64,000 nucleotides of DNA from Chiloscyllium plagiosum (lineage: Eukaryota), in NCBI RefSeq assembly GCF_004010195.1, contig NC_057752.1, forward strand, positions 8,217,889 through 8,281,888, in the 5' to 3' direction. Of the stretch, positions 47,811 through 61,634 are shown one piece after another (within the stretch, counting starts at the first letter, position 1; each line of letters opens with the position of its first letter). The notes under the pieces were generated by a model. That model was not told where the DNA came from. It worked only from the letters and a program-made list of their open reading frames with translations, and made no database searches. The position numbers and the translations under genes were made by a program.

Positions 47811-50800
47811 GCGGTTATGTGCAGGCTTTAGAAAATGTTCTGTATTTCTTTGTTGCTTCCCATGATGTGCATTACATAAAAATGCACTCCAGAGTCAAAT
47901 ATAATTCTGACCCAGCATTTAGTTCTCTTTGTGAGTAAATTCTTCCTCTTCAGTCTATTGTTATTTTTGGATACTCGTTTAACCCCCCCCCCCCAAACTC
48001 CTGTTTTAGTGCACAGCTTGCCAATCTTTGTAAATCCATCATTTAATATAACTTTAAAACAGTTGCACAAGCTCTCTGGGACGTTTCCTTCTAAAAGGTT
48101 TTGGGATAAACAAGTCTCTGGGCTGTGGTGCTGCGCAAAATATTCAAACTGATTCTGTATCCCAAGCTTGGCTATTTGCATTCTTGACGCAAAATAAAAT
48201 TTCATAGCATATGAAATTGTAAATTAACAAAGCAAAATAAAAATATTTTGAAGCTTTTGATTGTGGATATTGCTGGCGCTGAATGATTGCTGCATTTTCC
48301 CAGATAGTGATCACTGCACTCCAAAAACTAATTCTCTGAATTTTTTTGGAATGTTTTGATATGACTGGGATGTAAATAGTTATAAACCATCCAGAAAGTA
48401 CAATTTAACCCTCACAATTTTGGAAATACTCATTACATTGCTCTGTACCAAAGTGTTTAATTAACTTGGAAGCCATTGCGATGATTCTGTTTCTTAATGA
48501 CCCGAAAGTGTACTTTCAACTTTGTCAATCTTTGCACATTAGACCGTCCAGTATGTAACATAGGCTATTCAAATCCTGCCACACTGATGGGATTCAAAAT
48601 TTTTTTCTTTGCCATCTGCAAGGATGATGCATGATCGGAGGTTAAAAGAATCTGAATTCTGTTTCTGCTGGAAGCCAGTCTATAACAGCATAAAACTGTT
48701 CACACATTGGCAGTCTTACACTGGCCAGTTGACTGGAAGAAATGGGATGGGGATTACACAGACTCTGTAGTTGTGCTCTTTTGAGCGTTAAATAGTGTCA
48801 CAATAGAGTGAGTATTCCTCCGTATTTAAACTATCCTTGCTTAACTCCCTAATGCCATTTACCCTCGCGTTGTGTGAATTCACAAATATAAAAGAAAGGA
48901 AACTTCTGTTCACTTGACTCTTAAAGGCAATAAAGCAAATGTGGAGTGAAATTGGATAAAAATAGTTAAAAGAGCAAATGCCAGTGATGATTGCTCTGCA
49001 CCTAATTTGGGTCAGCGATGCAGGAACTGCAAAACCTTTTGCAAATTCTTGTTAAAATATAGATATATTTTCGCACCAAATATTGTAATTTGTATACAAA
49101 TTCAAGAAATGTATAACTTGTTCAGTTAAAATATACGGAATATTAAAAAATACTTTACACCTAAGGCAGCTTAACTGCTGACTTATTTGGGGCCAGAATG
49201 GAAGTGTTTGCACACAGTCTTTGAAGTATGCCGAGTCAAGCTATAATGGATTTGAGTGTGTGAACATGAATGTTCACTATTTTTTCCCTTTTTCAAAAAA
49301 GCAACCTGTAGTGAACTCCATTAGAAATAGAGCTTGCCTTTTGCTGGCTAATGTCTTCAAATCCGAAAAATCCTTAAAGGTATTCTGAACACCATGCTTT
49401 TTTTTTAATATATTAATTTAACTTCTGGAAGTCCATAACCAGGATCAGTGGAAAACTACAGAAAACTGAAGTATAATGTATCGGGCACAAAAAATCCCAA
49501 AGTTCTGATTCATTTATAAAAACTTGGTGCAAATCTTTCCGAAAGCTGATTGATTTGTTTGCATTTTCTTCAAGCTTGCCAAAATGATCTTGCAACACAA
49601 CTAACAATGTTAATGGTGAAATTGGCTTTTGATAGTCTGTTAAAGCTGCCTGATGTAACTGTGGCTGTTTTGTTTAATTGATTCAGGTGCTTATTTTGTT
49701 GAAAGGGGTGGTGGCTGTGATATGAAACTTTAAGGGTGGTCATACTTATGCTATTTAATCAACTGTTACTGAGGACATTTGGCCTTAATTGTTGTTTTTC
49801 TGTTAACCTTGTCTATAAATTGTATATAGTAGTTGTTTGAAACCTGCTTTAATGTTTGTCAGGTTCTTGTCGAATCTGGAATTCAGAACCGATGATCTAA
49901 GCTTGTACAATTGAAACAAGTTTAATTGAGCAGATGTGCTTTCATTTGTCGTGCTTTCAGTGGATTCCACAGAACTGAAAATTCTACTCTGTACTTAATG
50001 TAGCTCTTTAGCTGTGCTGCAATTTTATATTTTGCAGGTGGGAAAGAGAATTTTCAGATTATTGGATAGCCTATACCCTGTATTTCCACTGTCTTCATGC
50101 TATAGTTGTGTACTCCCAGGAATCCCTGTGACTGAAATTTACCCTATTATAATGTGTATATAATTTATACTTGCTAAACCATGAATATTTGGGAGCCCTT
50201 CCTAACCAAAGGGAGTCGCAGTTTTATTAGATTAAAATCAAAATTATGCAAACTCTCTCTTCACAAAGAGCTCTGGGAACATTACTGTCACGTATCACAG
50301 ACTAATATCACTGTCTCATGGTCAGCAGTTAAAATAATGCAAATACTAGACAGTGCACAGTCTTAAGGAATGTTCAAACTAGTCTGTGCTTTTTAGTTAT
50401 AGGTCTGACATAAATGAGTAAAAATAAGCACTATTCAATCTTAAAAGAAGGATGAAGAGTCACCTAATAGAGGTCTTTTAAAATTTTGAAAAGCTGTTAA
50501 AGTGACCACAACAGTATGTTTACTTTTATTTGGAAAAAACATACACATTCAATGTATTCCTATTGTATGTAATGAGTCTGAATGTAACAAACTTGCATAA
50601 AACTAGAAACTGTAGTGGCTGATTCGGGGTCAAATTGAAGTTTATAGTAGTTTGTTTATATTGCATCGTATTTTCAGATTTGACTTGTTGATTCAAAGAG
50701 TATCTCCGCTTTGAATGTAATTTTGATGTCGTTAAAGAAAGTTTTACAATATTCTATTTATAAATGACTTTCTGTAAAGTATATGTTCCTGTAACAACAA

Positions 50801-51505
50801 TTTGGATAAGAATAGAAGAATTAGAAATAGGAGGAGGAGTAGACTGTTTGACCCCTTGAACCTTCTGTGTAATTCTCTAAAATATTGACTGATCTAATTC
50901 CTCCACTTACAAACCTTGACTTCCTCTGATAATCAAATATGTTTAACTCTGCCTTGAATAAATTCAATGACCAATCTCCACTATTCGCTCTGAGAAAACA
51001 AATTCTTTCTCGTCTCCATGTTGAATGGGAGTTCCTTATTTTTGAGCGGTGTCCCCTTGTTTTTGATTTCTGCTAATAACCAGAAACATCCTTTTCAGCA
51101 TCAATTTATTGGTATTCTTGGGAACCACCTTGTATTGATGGATTCTAGTTATGCTTTTCCTAATAAAAGAAAATATTGTGTTGTGTTCAGTCTATGTCAG
51201 AGTCTTTTCAAAATTTTAAAATACCTCTATTAGGTGATTCTTCATCCTTTGTTTAAGATGAGGAAAAACACAAAAGACCCATGCTTACCCATGCAGTTCT
51301 GGTAGCATCTTTTTAAATCCTCTTTGAACATTTATTCTTTCCATTAAAAAGGTGAGAATATTGAACACCCTAGAGAATAGTTGAAGAGAATTGTACAGAA
51401 TCATTTGAAGGTGAAGGAAATAGAGGGTTACGATACATTTAAATGGGCAGAGATTTGGACAGATCATAAACACTAGCATGGCCTCGTTGGGTTGAATGAC
51501 TCATT

Positions 51506-51508
<3 letters not shown>

Positions 51509-51541
<33 letters not shown>
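51509..51541. repeat. (AC)n microsatellite, ~16 units
   Basis: Seen directly. Confidence 0.95.
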
Positions 51542-51546
<5 letters not shown>

Positions 51547-52089
51547 CGATCACTTCTCGTTCTTAAACATACAATAAATATAGGCCCAGCCTCCTCAACA
51601 TTTCCTCATAAGATAAAGCCCTCATTACAGGAATCAATGGGCTTCATCGGCTAGATAAGCATTTATTGTCCAACACAAGTGGTATTGAGCTTCCTTCTTA
51701 AAGCGCTGCAGTCTTTGGAGTGTAAGGGCACCTGTCGTGCTGTTTGAAAAGAGTTCTTGGATTTCAACTCAGTGTAGGAACAGAGAGATACTTCCAAGTC
51801 AAGATGGTGTGTGGCTTGAAGGCAGTCTTGCGGCTAGTGTTGTTCCTATACCTCTGCTGTCCTTGTCCTTCTAAAATATAGGTTGTTTAGAAGGTGCTAT
51901 TAGAGGAGCCTTGGTGAGTTACTGCTATGCATTTGTAGGTGGTACACGCAGTTGCCACTGTCGATAGTGGCGGGAGTGAATGTTGAAGGTGGCAGATGAG
52001 GTGCCACTTGGTCCATTTTAGTTTCAGCAAAGTGAGTAAAGTTGCACATGATCCTCTAAGTCTGGTCTCACCTTCTACAGTGTAGCAAA

Positions 52090-52650
52090 GCTTCCCTAGT
52101 TTCAAGCTGCATCTCCCGTACAATAAAGGCCATTGTTCTAATTTCCTTCCTAATTAGTTGCTGTACCTGCATTTTAACTTTTTTTTTGTGATTCATGTAC
52201 AAGGATACCAGATCCCTCTATCACAGCATTCTGCAGTCTACCTCCATTTAAACAGTATACTTCCTGCCAAAGTGGGCAACCTCACTTTTTCCCCCCATTA
52301 TACTTCATTTGCCAAATTTGTGCCCACTCAATTAGCCTCTCTATATCCTTTCACCGATTATCCTCCTCACAAATGGCTTTCCTACCTATTTTCATATCAC
52401 CAAATTTGGCCACAATACAGTCTGTCTCTTCATCCAAGTCATTGCTACGGGTTATAAATAGTTGAAGCCCCAGGCCTGATTTCTGTGGCATTCTGCTAGT
52501 TACAGTTTGCCACCTTGAAGACAACTTGTGTATCTAGATTCTCTCTTTGCTGTTAACTAATTAATCCCTATCCATGTTAATATATTGCTCCCTATACTGA
52601 AAGCTTTTATCTTATCACATAAAAAGGTTGTGATAAATGCCTTTTGTAAA
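52090..52650 (-). mobile_element. Old CR1 RT fragment
   Basis: Antisense CR1-type segments (ttcctgccaaagtgggcaacctcac, catccaagtcatt...aaatagttga.gccccag). Confidence 0.55.
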
Positions 52651-53070
52651 TTCATATGTTTTGCCTTCTGTGCAAAGTGAGAAAATAATGTCATGATGAC
52701 CAATTACGTTTTTACCTGTGCTTAGATATTCATGAACCAGTTAGGATGGTTTACACTCCTGGGATCTATCTGTCCTTTGCACCACATGCTTGAACCACAG
52801 CAAGCTTTTCCACCTTTCCAAATTTTCCATGTTTCCCATGCCCTCTGCTATTCTGCTGTATCCTAGTATTCGAGCATTCTGAATCTCCGACATCTTTTGT
52901 ATCTCTAACTTTTCTCATCATTGTCCCCTTTGTATACTATTATTATTTCTGTCTGTCAATCAATTCCTGGCCTCCATGTAATCAGTTTACAGATAATTGT
53001 TTTTCCTGTGTGTGTTTTTTAACCGCCTTGCCCCTTTCCCGGCTCTGTTCTTGCTCGTAGGCTGTTCGTA

Positions 53071-53386
53071 AAATCCCTACAGTGCGGAAAGAGGCCATTT
53101 GAATCTGCACCCACCTTTCGAAATGCATCCCACCCAGACCCCCAGTCTATCCCTGTAACCCTACTCTTTTTTTAAATCAAGCTACTCCACTTAACCTACA
53201 TATCCCTGGACACTAAGGGAAAATTTAGCATGGCCAGTCCACTTAACCTGTGCATGTTTGGACTGTGGAAGGAAACCAGAACACCTGGTAGAAATCCACA
53301 CAGACATGGGGAGAATGTGCAAACTCCATACAGACAGTCATCCAAGGGTGGAATCAGACTCTGGTCCCTGGCACTGTACCACCCCT
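53071..53386 (-). mobile_element. HE1-type V-SINE
   Basis: Reverse-complement V-domain gacatggggagaatgtgcaaactcca. Confidence 0.8.
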
Positions 53387-56300
53387 AAACAACATGGCTG
53401 TTGTTCTGTAAGTGACTCAGTTTTGATGCAGGGTCAAAGACCTGAGCTATTAAGCATACCTCCTTTTCTCCACAGATGCTGCCTAACCTGCTGAGTATTT
53501 CCAGCCTCTGTTTTCTTTATTTCAAATTCTTGCTTTCAGTTAAGCCAAATGTGGAAGGTGCTAAGCCGATACAGAAGGCAAGTCATCAGATTTAATACTC
53601 TTCCTTAATCAGAACTGCATTTGTATAATTTCCAGTACTTGAAATGCTCATTTATCATATTATTTTTGTTACCACGACCAATTCAGTTGATCTGTGAAGG
53701 ATAAGTACCTAAGCACAGACTATTTTGATGTCCTTTCACTTGGCTCAATAGTTTGAAGAATATTAATAAAACAGGCAACCAGTACTGCAAACTGATCCTG
53801 TGTAAGTTGAAAGGATTAATTATATATTTTGTACATAATGTTTGCTATGCTGTGTTTGACATTTTTTTAAAAAGTTGTGATTATGCTTAGAATGTTTCAA
53901 CAGATACAGGTCTCCAGAACAGTAGAGCTTACAGTCCCAAGTGTATACTTCATTTGAAATGAGATAAAAGTCTCTGCATTTATTTGTATGGGATCCTGTA
54001 AAATGTAGAACAATAAAAAAAAAAATTAATTTAAGAGGAAGCTTCCTGTCCAGTCCTCATTCATTTTTAAGTGCACATTTTAAAATAGTTGGTGAAAGAT
54101 TTTTTTCTTGTTTTTTTAAAGTTGCATTTATGAGTCCTTAAGTAATGTCATTTGAAGGACCAGTTGACTGTGTTTGTGTCTTAACACAGGTAAGTCTGAC
54201 TTCAGGTTGAGAATGCAGATTTGGCTTAAATTTTGTTTAATTCTTCTATGAAGGATGCTTGAAGGCTTTATTATGTTAAAGGTGATATGCAAATTCAAGG
54301 GTTGTTTTGTGTAAAATAGCTAAGTGAGCTATTGGGTGACCTTTTCTGTCATTCACTTGCTTGAAGGAAATAAATTTTTCTATTAAGGACAGGCATTTTA
54401 AGAAAAAATAGTGCAAGCAATGCCACCTTCGTCTAATGTGTTACTTTCAGTTTTAAGTTAGGGGAGGCAGCTGCATTCCTACATGAAAGAACTATGGTAA
54501 AGAAGTGTCTTGCACTTCATAGTACTGTACCTTGATCATTTGCACTCTGGTAGAGAATAGGCTAGATGCAGCGGAATGACCTCTCCATTCTATGTCAACA
54601 ATGTATCTCAATTCCCAGTCTCAAAACACAGACTCTGCTGTACCAGCATCACGCTTTCATTTCTAGCCCCAGTTATATTCATTTATGCAGCCTTTTAAAC
54701 ATCTCCGTGCTTTGGATTTGGGCTTACTAGGATTTATACTAGCAATGTGGGAAACAAATCTGGCAAAACTAGAGAATAGATGTGAATAGATACAAATTAA
54801 GAAGCCAGCAATAAAATTACAACATTGTAAACTGGAGCTGCTAAAAGATGTTTGGCAACGTGTTGGTGCCACATGTGGATTCAACTGAATTGTAGCAGCC
54901 AGAGACTGAATCTTGACTCTTCTTTCCTGAAGAAGAGAGAAATCTGAGGAGAGGATACTCCAGCTTCCAGCACCTGGTTACAAAATAAGGTGCACAGATC
55001 ACAGCAGGTTGCTCATTTGCTGCCTCTTAACACTGGGATTTTGCGTAGAGTGGGGAAGAGGAGGGAAATGTAGCACCTAACAAGGAATAAAAATAAATTG
55101 ATTTTGAGAACTTTATGCAAATAGAGTTTATTTTCATTTTTGTTTTTTGGCTATAACCCTTGTAGATTTTGGACTTTCTAATTGTAGGTTGGCACCTGAA
55201 GTGGGTCAAGTACAAGTCACTTTACTGACCCACTTGGCACAAAAGATAAAATACAATTCATGTTGTGTAGGATTTATTTTTTTCCTTTTTTTTGCTTATG
55301 TCTACAAGTTACAAACACTGGCAAACATGAAGGAGGTTTTAAATTTTACATTTAACTTCCTATAGTAACAACTAAAAACAGTGCACAAACTAATATAAAC
55401 TGCAAAGCCTAGTACGTACATAATTGTGTGGTGCTTACAAAGAGTTGGTATTGTGTTTCTGTAACTTGTAGAAAGAAATCAAATTTGGTCACTTTTTGGC
55501 AATAATGGTTTAGAGCATGTGTCTGTGAGCTAGTATTTTTCTTAAAGCAGACAATAATTAGATAAATAAGACTCAAAAATCCCATCCTGTAAATATAACT
55601 TGGGCTTGAATTTAATAATGTTCCACATTAACTACGGGCAACACAATCAAATTAGCTGCCAAGTTCTTTTCCAAGTGCTGGGTTGGATGAGGAAGTTCTA
55701 TAACAGCATCTCATTAACCACCTTTCGTACATAGCTCATGATAATTGCAGCAATTCTGCGTAGTCTGTTTAATGTTTCTTATAGACTTCTTGCTCCTTTT
55801 GACATCTTACTAAAGAAGACAAGAAACTAATTCATTGTAATGGGATATTTGAACAGCTTAAATTGTAGTCAATCCCAATAGGATTTTGATTTTTTTTTAT
55901 TGAATGGATATGTTGTTTTGAAGAGTCAAAACTGCAGATCTTCAATAGCTGTGCTTTTGAAATACTTCCAGAGATGGTGTCTTTGAACAAAATACATTCC
56001 CTTCTAAAGCAATCTACAAAAGCTGAAAAAGAAAGTTTAAGCACTAAGCAATTTAAAGAAATTCAAATGAATGACATGCTTAAATGGGTATAGCATTGTC
56101 AATTCTATGCAAAATTTGAGGTAAAGAGGTATCCTGAATCCTTAATTACACCTTGAGTACTTGACTTTTAAGAATGAAAAGTTTTATTTCACTTGCCATT
56201 TTAAGTATACCTCGGTTTGATGTTATGACTTCAAGAAATTTAATCAGAATTAATGTTAACTTTCATTAGAACAACACTGCCACTTTTCAAAGTATATTCA

Positions 56301-58782
56301 TTCAAATATGTTGTCTTAATGGTACCACAAAAATGCACTGTTAACAACTGCAGCATCACTCCCAATTCAAAAAATAAGTTGAAAGACCAAAGTGATTACA
56401 CACAAGGAGTTGCTCTCAAAGGGCCAACAAAAGTCCAAATTGTTTGCCCATGAATACAAGAACTGATCCTAGTAAGAGTGGCAATGTTAAATTGATATTT
56501 TATTTCAGGTGACTGGGGGGTGGGATGGTGTGGTATAGAAATCTTAATTCCAAAATTAATGAGGGCAGTATATTCATTCTTCTAAAAGCAACTTCCTATA
56601 TTCCCACCACAAAGCGCAAGTCTCAAAACAGCTTGTAAGAAATCTACATATGCAAACTCTAGTTCTAAATTTGGTTTAAATATTCCCCTGATCACTTTTT
56701 TTTCCCAATTAGCAGTCACTCTAGCCCAAGGAATTTTTAATCAGGAACAAAATGGTATAGATTTATCGATGGAAGTTACCTAGTAGGTCTAGCATAATAT
56801 AATGTGGAGTGTAAATATGGACATTATTCAGAGCTATTTTAATATAGCTGTTTATTTTCTCTCCCTATTTCCTTCTGATACATGCTAATTCTTTTAACCT
56901 CCGTTGAGAGGTCAGAAATTCCTGGGCTGCTATTTGGGTGCCATTAGTGCTATCCCAGTGATGTGAGGTAGAAGTATTAATCTCTTCCTCCACCTTGCAA
57001 TATAATTCAAGGGTCTCAACTCGCAGCTTCAGCAGGATGTGACAGAACTTACCCAAATGAGGACAGATGGGTTTGTAGGTTAAATGGGATTTGGAGTTAC
57101 AGTTGTTGGGTTTGGGAGGCCATAGCACTACCACTTTAAAAACCCTGTACTCTCAACAGTGTTTGTATTGTAATTATTCAGTTTTCAAAATTGTGTTTTA
57201 GTTTAGAGACAAAAATAGGATCAACAACAGAAAAAAAAAACACGGTTGGACAGTAGCTTTGTTTGGCTGGAATATGCAGAACTGTTGTTGCTGTCTCCAA
57301 TAGACCACAGTTACATATCTGTTTCCTGGTGTATCAAGCTGAAAATTGACAACCCTGCAATTACTGAAGGATTTGTTGGCAGATTTGGTGAAGCTTTGTT
57401 TACATTGAAGGATTTTTTTTGTGGATTCCATGGCATTGTTAACTAATATATTTGAGAGTTTTACGGATGGTCATCACTATTTGGAACTTGCCCTGAATTT
57501 GTGAAACTCAGGTTTCTGAATCATTCTAAAACTTGAAATTTGGTTTTAACCTGTCGAATCTAAAGATGCATACTCTCATTCCTATCTACAAATTTTCATT
57601 ATCTTCATTTTGAATAAAATATAATAATGTAAAATCATGTATTTGTTTTCTTCTATCTCTTTATCAACTGATTATGTCAAACAGTGCTGAGTTTCTGTGA
57701 GTTCAGGGTTTTGAACGTGTTTAGATTTATAGTTGCCAGATATAAGTTGGTTTAGACACCAACTTGTTCATTTTCATGCAAGTGCAGCAAACAAGTATCT
57801 CAGGAATAGAAGCACTGGCACTTGTTCCATAAGAGAGATTTTTCTGTGGTTAGGAAATTCATATTCAAATTTGAGACCCTCAAACTCTCAAGCCAAGGTG
57901 AGATACTAAAAAGGAAGAGACATGTCCAAAATCAGCTAATGCGTAGGCAACACAAAAATAAGTATCAAATCCAATCTAAGTTTTAAACTAAATTACCTTT
58001 GTTTTTAACGTTGCGTTTTTGTTTGCAAATACAGGATGATGTCAGACTATCCACAGCTTTTCATCTCCTAAAGATTATTGTCCTAGTCTCACAGTTACTT
58101 TGCTACCATTTTTATAATCTGAATGTATTGCTCTAAACTGTAAATATTTTGTGAATATTTGAAAAAGCATTTCAGAAGGTTATATGATTACTTTTGATGT
58201 GGTAGGGGAGGAGCTGAAATTCTGCTGCAAGTGATCAAACATTCATTGTAATATGATCTGTATGTCAGGAAGAAAAAATTACCATGAAACTGGCTTAATG
58301 GTAAAGTTCTCCAACATGATGACTTTGTTCTTTTGCAATTTCCTTCATTAATTAGTCATTTTTCAAAGCACACTGTTCATGTAGGGAATTGGGTGGGGGT
58401 ATTTTAAAAATAAAACAAGTGAAATTAATTTTCATCAAAACCCATTCTACTTTGTAATGGCAGATTTAACTAGTCGTATCTGACTTTCACTGCTGATCTT
58501 CACTAATATTAAACTTATGTTTTTCATGAACTTCAAGACTTTTTTAAAAGTTCTTTTTCAATCAAAACAACCTACTAGATGATATTTCAAGCATAAGAAT
58601 CTATAAGTAACAAACATTCTAAAAAAGCAGATTATAAGTTTAATGTAAAGCATAGTCAAAAAGGTTCCTGTTGATAACCCATTTCTAAATGGGCTTTTTG
58701 CCAATTAATGAGTGGATTATTACATTCAAATCCTTGAATTTAAAGAATCTTAGGAACAAATTTGAGTAATTTATCTTAATTA

Positions 58783-59120
58783 GGCACAGTACTCCATGGT
58801 TAGCACTGCTGCCCTACAGCACCAGGACCCGGTTCGATTCCAACCTTGGGCGACTGTGCAAACTCCACACAGACATTCTCCCTGTGTCTGCATGGGTTTC
58901 CTCTGGGTGTTCCTGTTTCCTCCCACAGTTCAAAGATGCTCAGGTTAGGTGGATTGGCCATGCCAAATTGCCCATAGTGTCCAGGTATGCGTAGGTTAGG
59001 TGGATTAGCCATGGGGAATGCAAGATTAGCGTTGGGGGTGGGTCTGGGTGGGATGCCGTTTGGAGGGTTGGTGTGGACTCGATGGGCTGATTGGCCTGCT
59101 TCCACACTCTAGAAATTTTA
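58783..59120 (+). mobile_element. HE1-type V-SINE
   Basis: ggttagcactgctgcc...ccggttcgattcc...attctccctgtgtctgcatgggtttcctctgggtg, tail gtggactcgatgggctgattggcctgcttccacact. Confidence 0.85.
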
Positions 59121-59321
59121 TCTTCATTTTATTTTTCAAATACCTTCCTGTCTGTACAGTAAAATGTAGATATTGCATCTGATCTATAATTCACTGCTTG
59201 GGACGTTAACAGCATTCATGTTCTTTCAAGCACACTTTCAGTAACAACAAAGTAAATTTCACAATGTCACTTGATGATAGGATAGTTCTTGTGTTGTAAA
59301 CTCCTTTCTTAAAATTACTTT

Positions 59322-59507
59322 TTATAAGGCTTGTGTTTTGAGTTCGATGGGCTCACTCCTAGGTTCTTGTTGCCCCTCAGCTTCTGGAGGGTGAGCTCCT
59401 TTAAGAATAGCCAGTCTCTCTGAAAGACCTCTCATCCTGGGGAAGAGGATAAAGTCATAAAGCAGTGCTGCTATAGCACCTCCTATGAGAGGACCTACCC
59501 AGAATAC
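59322..59507 (-). CDS. MIP: Lens fibre major intrinsic protein (aquaporin-0), exon 4 (terminal)
   Basis: [10 protein letters not shown]...[16 protein letters not shown]...[10 protein letters not shown]; acceptor ttttgcag; C-terminus typical of AQP0. Confidence 0.95.
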   Translation of the reverse strand, partial: VFWVGPLIGGAIAALLYDFILFPRMRGLSERLAILKGAHPPEAEGQQEPRSEPIELKTQAL

Positions 59508-60722
59508 CTGCAAAAATAAAGAAATAAGAACAGAGTTGAGACAAATGATATTATCTTATTTGAATTAAGCACTTTTCCTCTATCTTTTTATATTTGATAG
59601 TAGCACACTGTTGTATTATGGAAACATTAAGGACAGGTCAGATCCTGTCCAGATGTAAACATTTTCCTGCAAGGGTCACTTTGTGATCAGGGGAAATTCC
59701 AGCTATGTTTCTTCTTCACTGCAAGCAGGGTGTCAGGCATCCTCAAACCAATCAGCCAACTTGGCTTAAGCCATACAACTTAATGATCTGAGTGGTGCAG
59801 TAGCTACCGTGAGTTAAGCATTTGTAATGTGTTTTACACAGGTTTTGCACAGTACAGCAATGGTGTGCAAAGTCTGTGTAATTGCATCCATTTGGTAGAC
59901 TATTGAAAAGAAGTGGCTGTAAAAACCAGGATGCTTGTTCCTTTCCTCACCCAGAAAAAGTAAGGCTTTCTGATTTCCTTCCCCATACAGCCACACACTT
60001 TCTATGCTTGCTTCTGGATTGCAAGTTACAACATTGCAGTTTCTACAGGTAAAATCCGCCTTTTTCACTGCTTCGGAATGTACAGCTGTATTTTTTTTTA
60101 AATTATAGAGCTAATAAGTTACCTTTCTACAAGACCCCTTAGAGATCCAGTGAGATGTTTTCTTTTCTCATGACAGTTTTTATAAATTATCTAAATTAGA
60201 TTGTTAATGACAATTTGTGCTGAATTAGGGAGAATTTTACATTTTAATTAGAACATAAATCCCTCTTTAGGAGTTTAAAGCTCAGGAGAGGCCATTTTGC
60301 CTTTTAAAGTAGTCTTTCAGATTACTTGGGAATCAAGAATACACTTAAAGAATATTTCAAACAATAGCTCAAAACTGGTACGCGGTGACTTACTGGAACT
60401 TTTGAAATTTCTGAATTGATGCATTTTCTAAACTGAAGCAATTACATGTGCAACCTCTTATTGAGTATGAGATAAGATGCAAACAAGGATAAATAAAATA
60501 AGTACTGTGTCTCCTTTGTAATGACCTTGTTGACCTCTATCCGAGGAGTCCTTGGTCATGAGTTGGAATGATGGGCAACTTTGCAAAGTTCTTGGGGTTA
60601 CAAAAGTCACTATGGTTTCTAACTGGTTGCCTGGCTAGTGATTGAAGAAATCAACAGCCTCATGTTATGTGTTCTTTATTCAGCATCCCACTGTATTTTA
60701 GCTGAATTTTGTTTGTTCTTAC

Positions 60723-60803
60723 CCAGTGGTTTCCAAAGTTTCTCGTAAGTATGGCTGGTGCAAAGGAACGGGCTGGATTCATTCCACATCCTGTATAATA
60801 CAG
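60723..60803 (-). CDS. MIP: Aquaporin-0 exon 3 (81 nt, second NPA)
   Basis: [27 protein letters not shown], flanked by ttattcag and gtaaga. Confidence 0.96.
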
Positions 60804-61469
60804 CTGAATAAAAAGAAGATAGGCATAATTTCAAACCTTTTTGAACATTAGTTCATAAGATAGATGCTAATTTACAGCTGAGCACTCCATTTATCAATCA
60901 AATTTAATTTCCTGTTTAATTTCAACTGTTAGTGTTCAAAGTATGTAAAGAGAAAAGATCATTGGCCAATCAAACCAAATTCTTCCAGTGGACCACGAAT
61001 TTTAATTTGATTTTTTTTCACAACTATCCATTTCTTTCTGATAGTGCACTATGATAAAACTTCCAACAAAACAGTTGAAATTTGAATTGCCACAGTAAAA
61101 ATTAATTGAAATTGCCCAGAAGAGGTTGATACAAGTATAATGGCAAACTGAATAATAATTGTCTTTGCTTGATGTTCATATATGTGTACCTTTTGGCATA
61201 AGTTACTGAATAATGATTAAGAGCATGACCCCTGGGTAATTTGTCTCCCCTTCCTAGCCCAGAGGTGAGTGGGAACTTTGGTCTATTTTAGAACCTCAGT
61301 TGTGCCCTGGCTGGGATAGGCTAACTCACTACACACTGGGTGTCTTCTTGGTCTATATAACTCAATGTCACACTAAGTAATAGTACATAAGTTTGGATAG
61401 TGCGCATTTACCTTTGTTTAGTCTAGTTTCGACTCTATTTATTTTCTATTTATAAAGTTGCAGACTTAC

Positions 61470-61634
61470 CCCAAAGAAATGACCCACAGTGAGAGAAAAA
61501 CCAATGATGATAGCTGCTGAGCCCATAAATCCATTTCTGCGAATGTCTGTTGTGGCAAAAATACAGAGAACGAACTGAAGAGTAAGGAATATCTCCACAG
61601 CTGTACCCTGGCCCAGACCCACTCCAGCATGCAG
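61470..61634 (-). CDS. MIP: Aquaporin-0 exon 2 (165 nt); exon 1 lies beyond the window
   Basis: [55 protein letters not shown], flanked by ttctttag and gtaagt; phase-0 junctions. Confidence 0.96.

Noticed and set aside
59508..59513. ORF-track start MQ for the aquaporin piece
   Set aside because: These bases are the intron acceptor (ttgcag)
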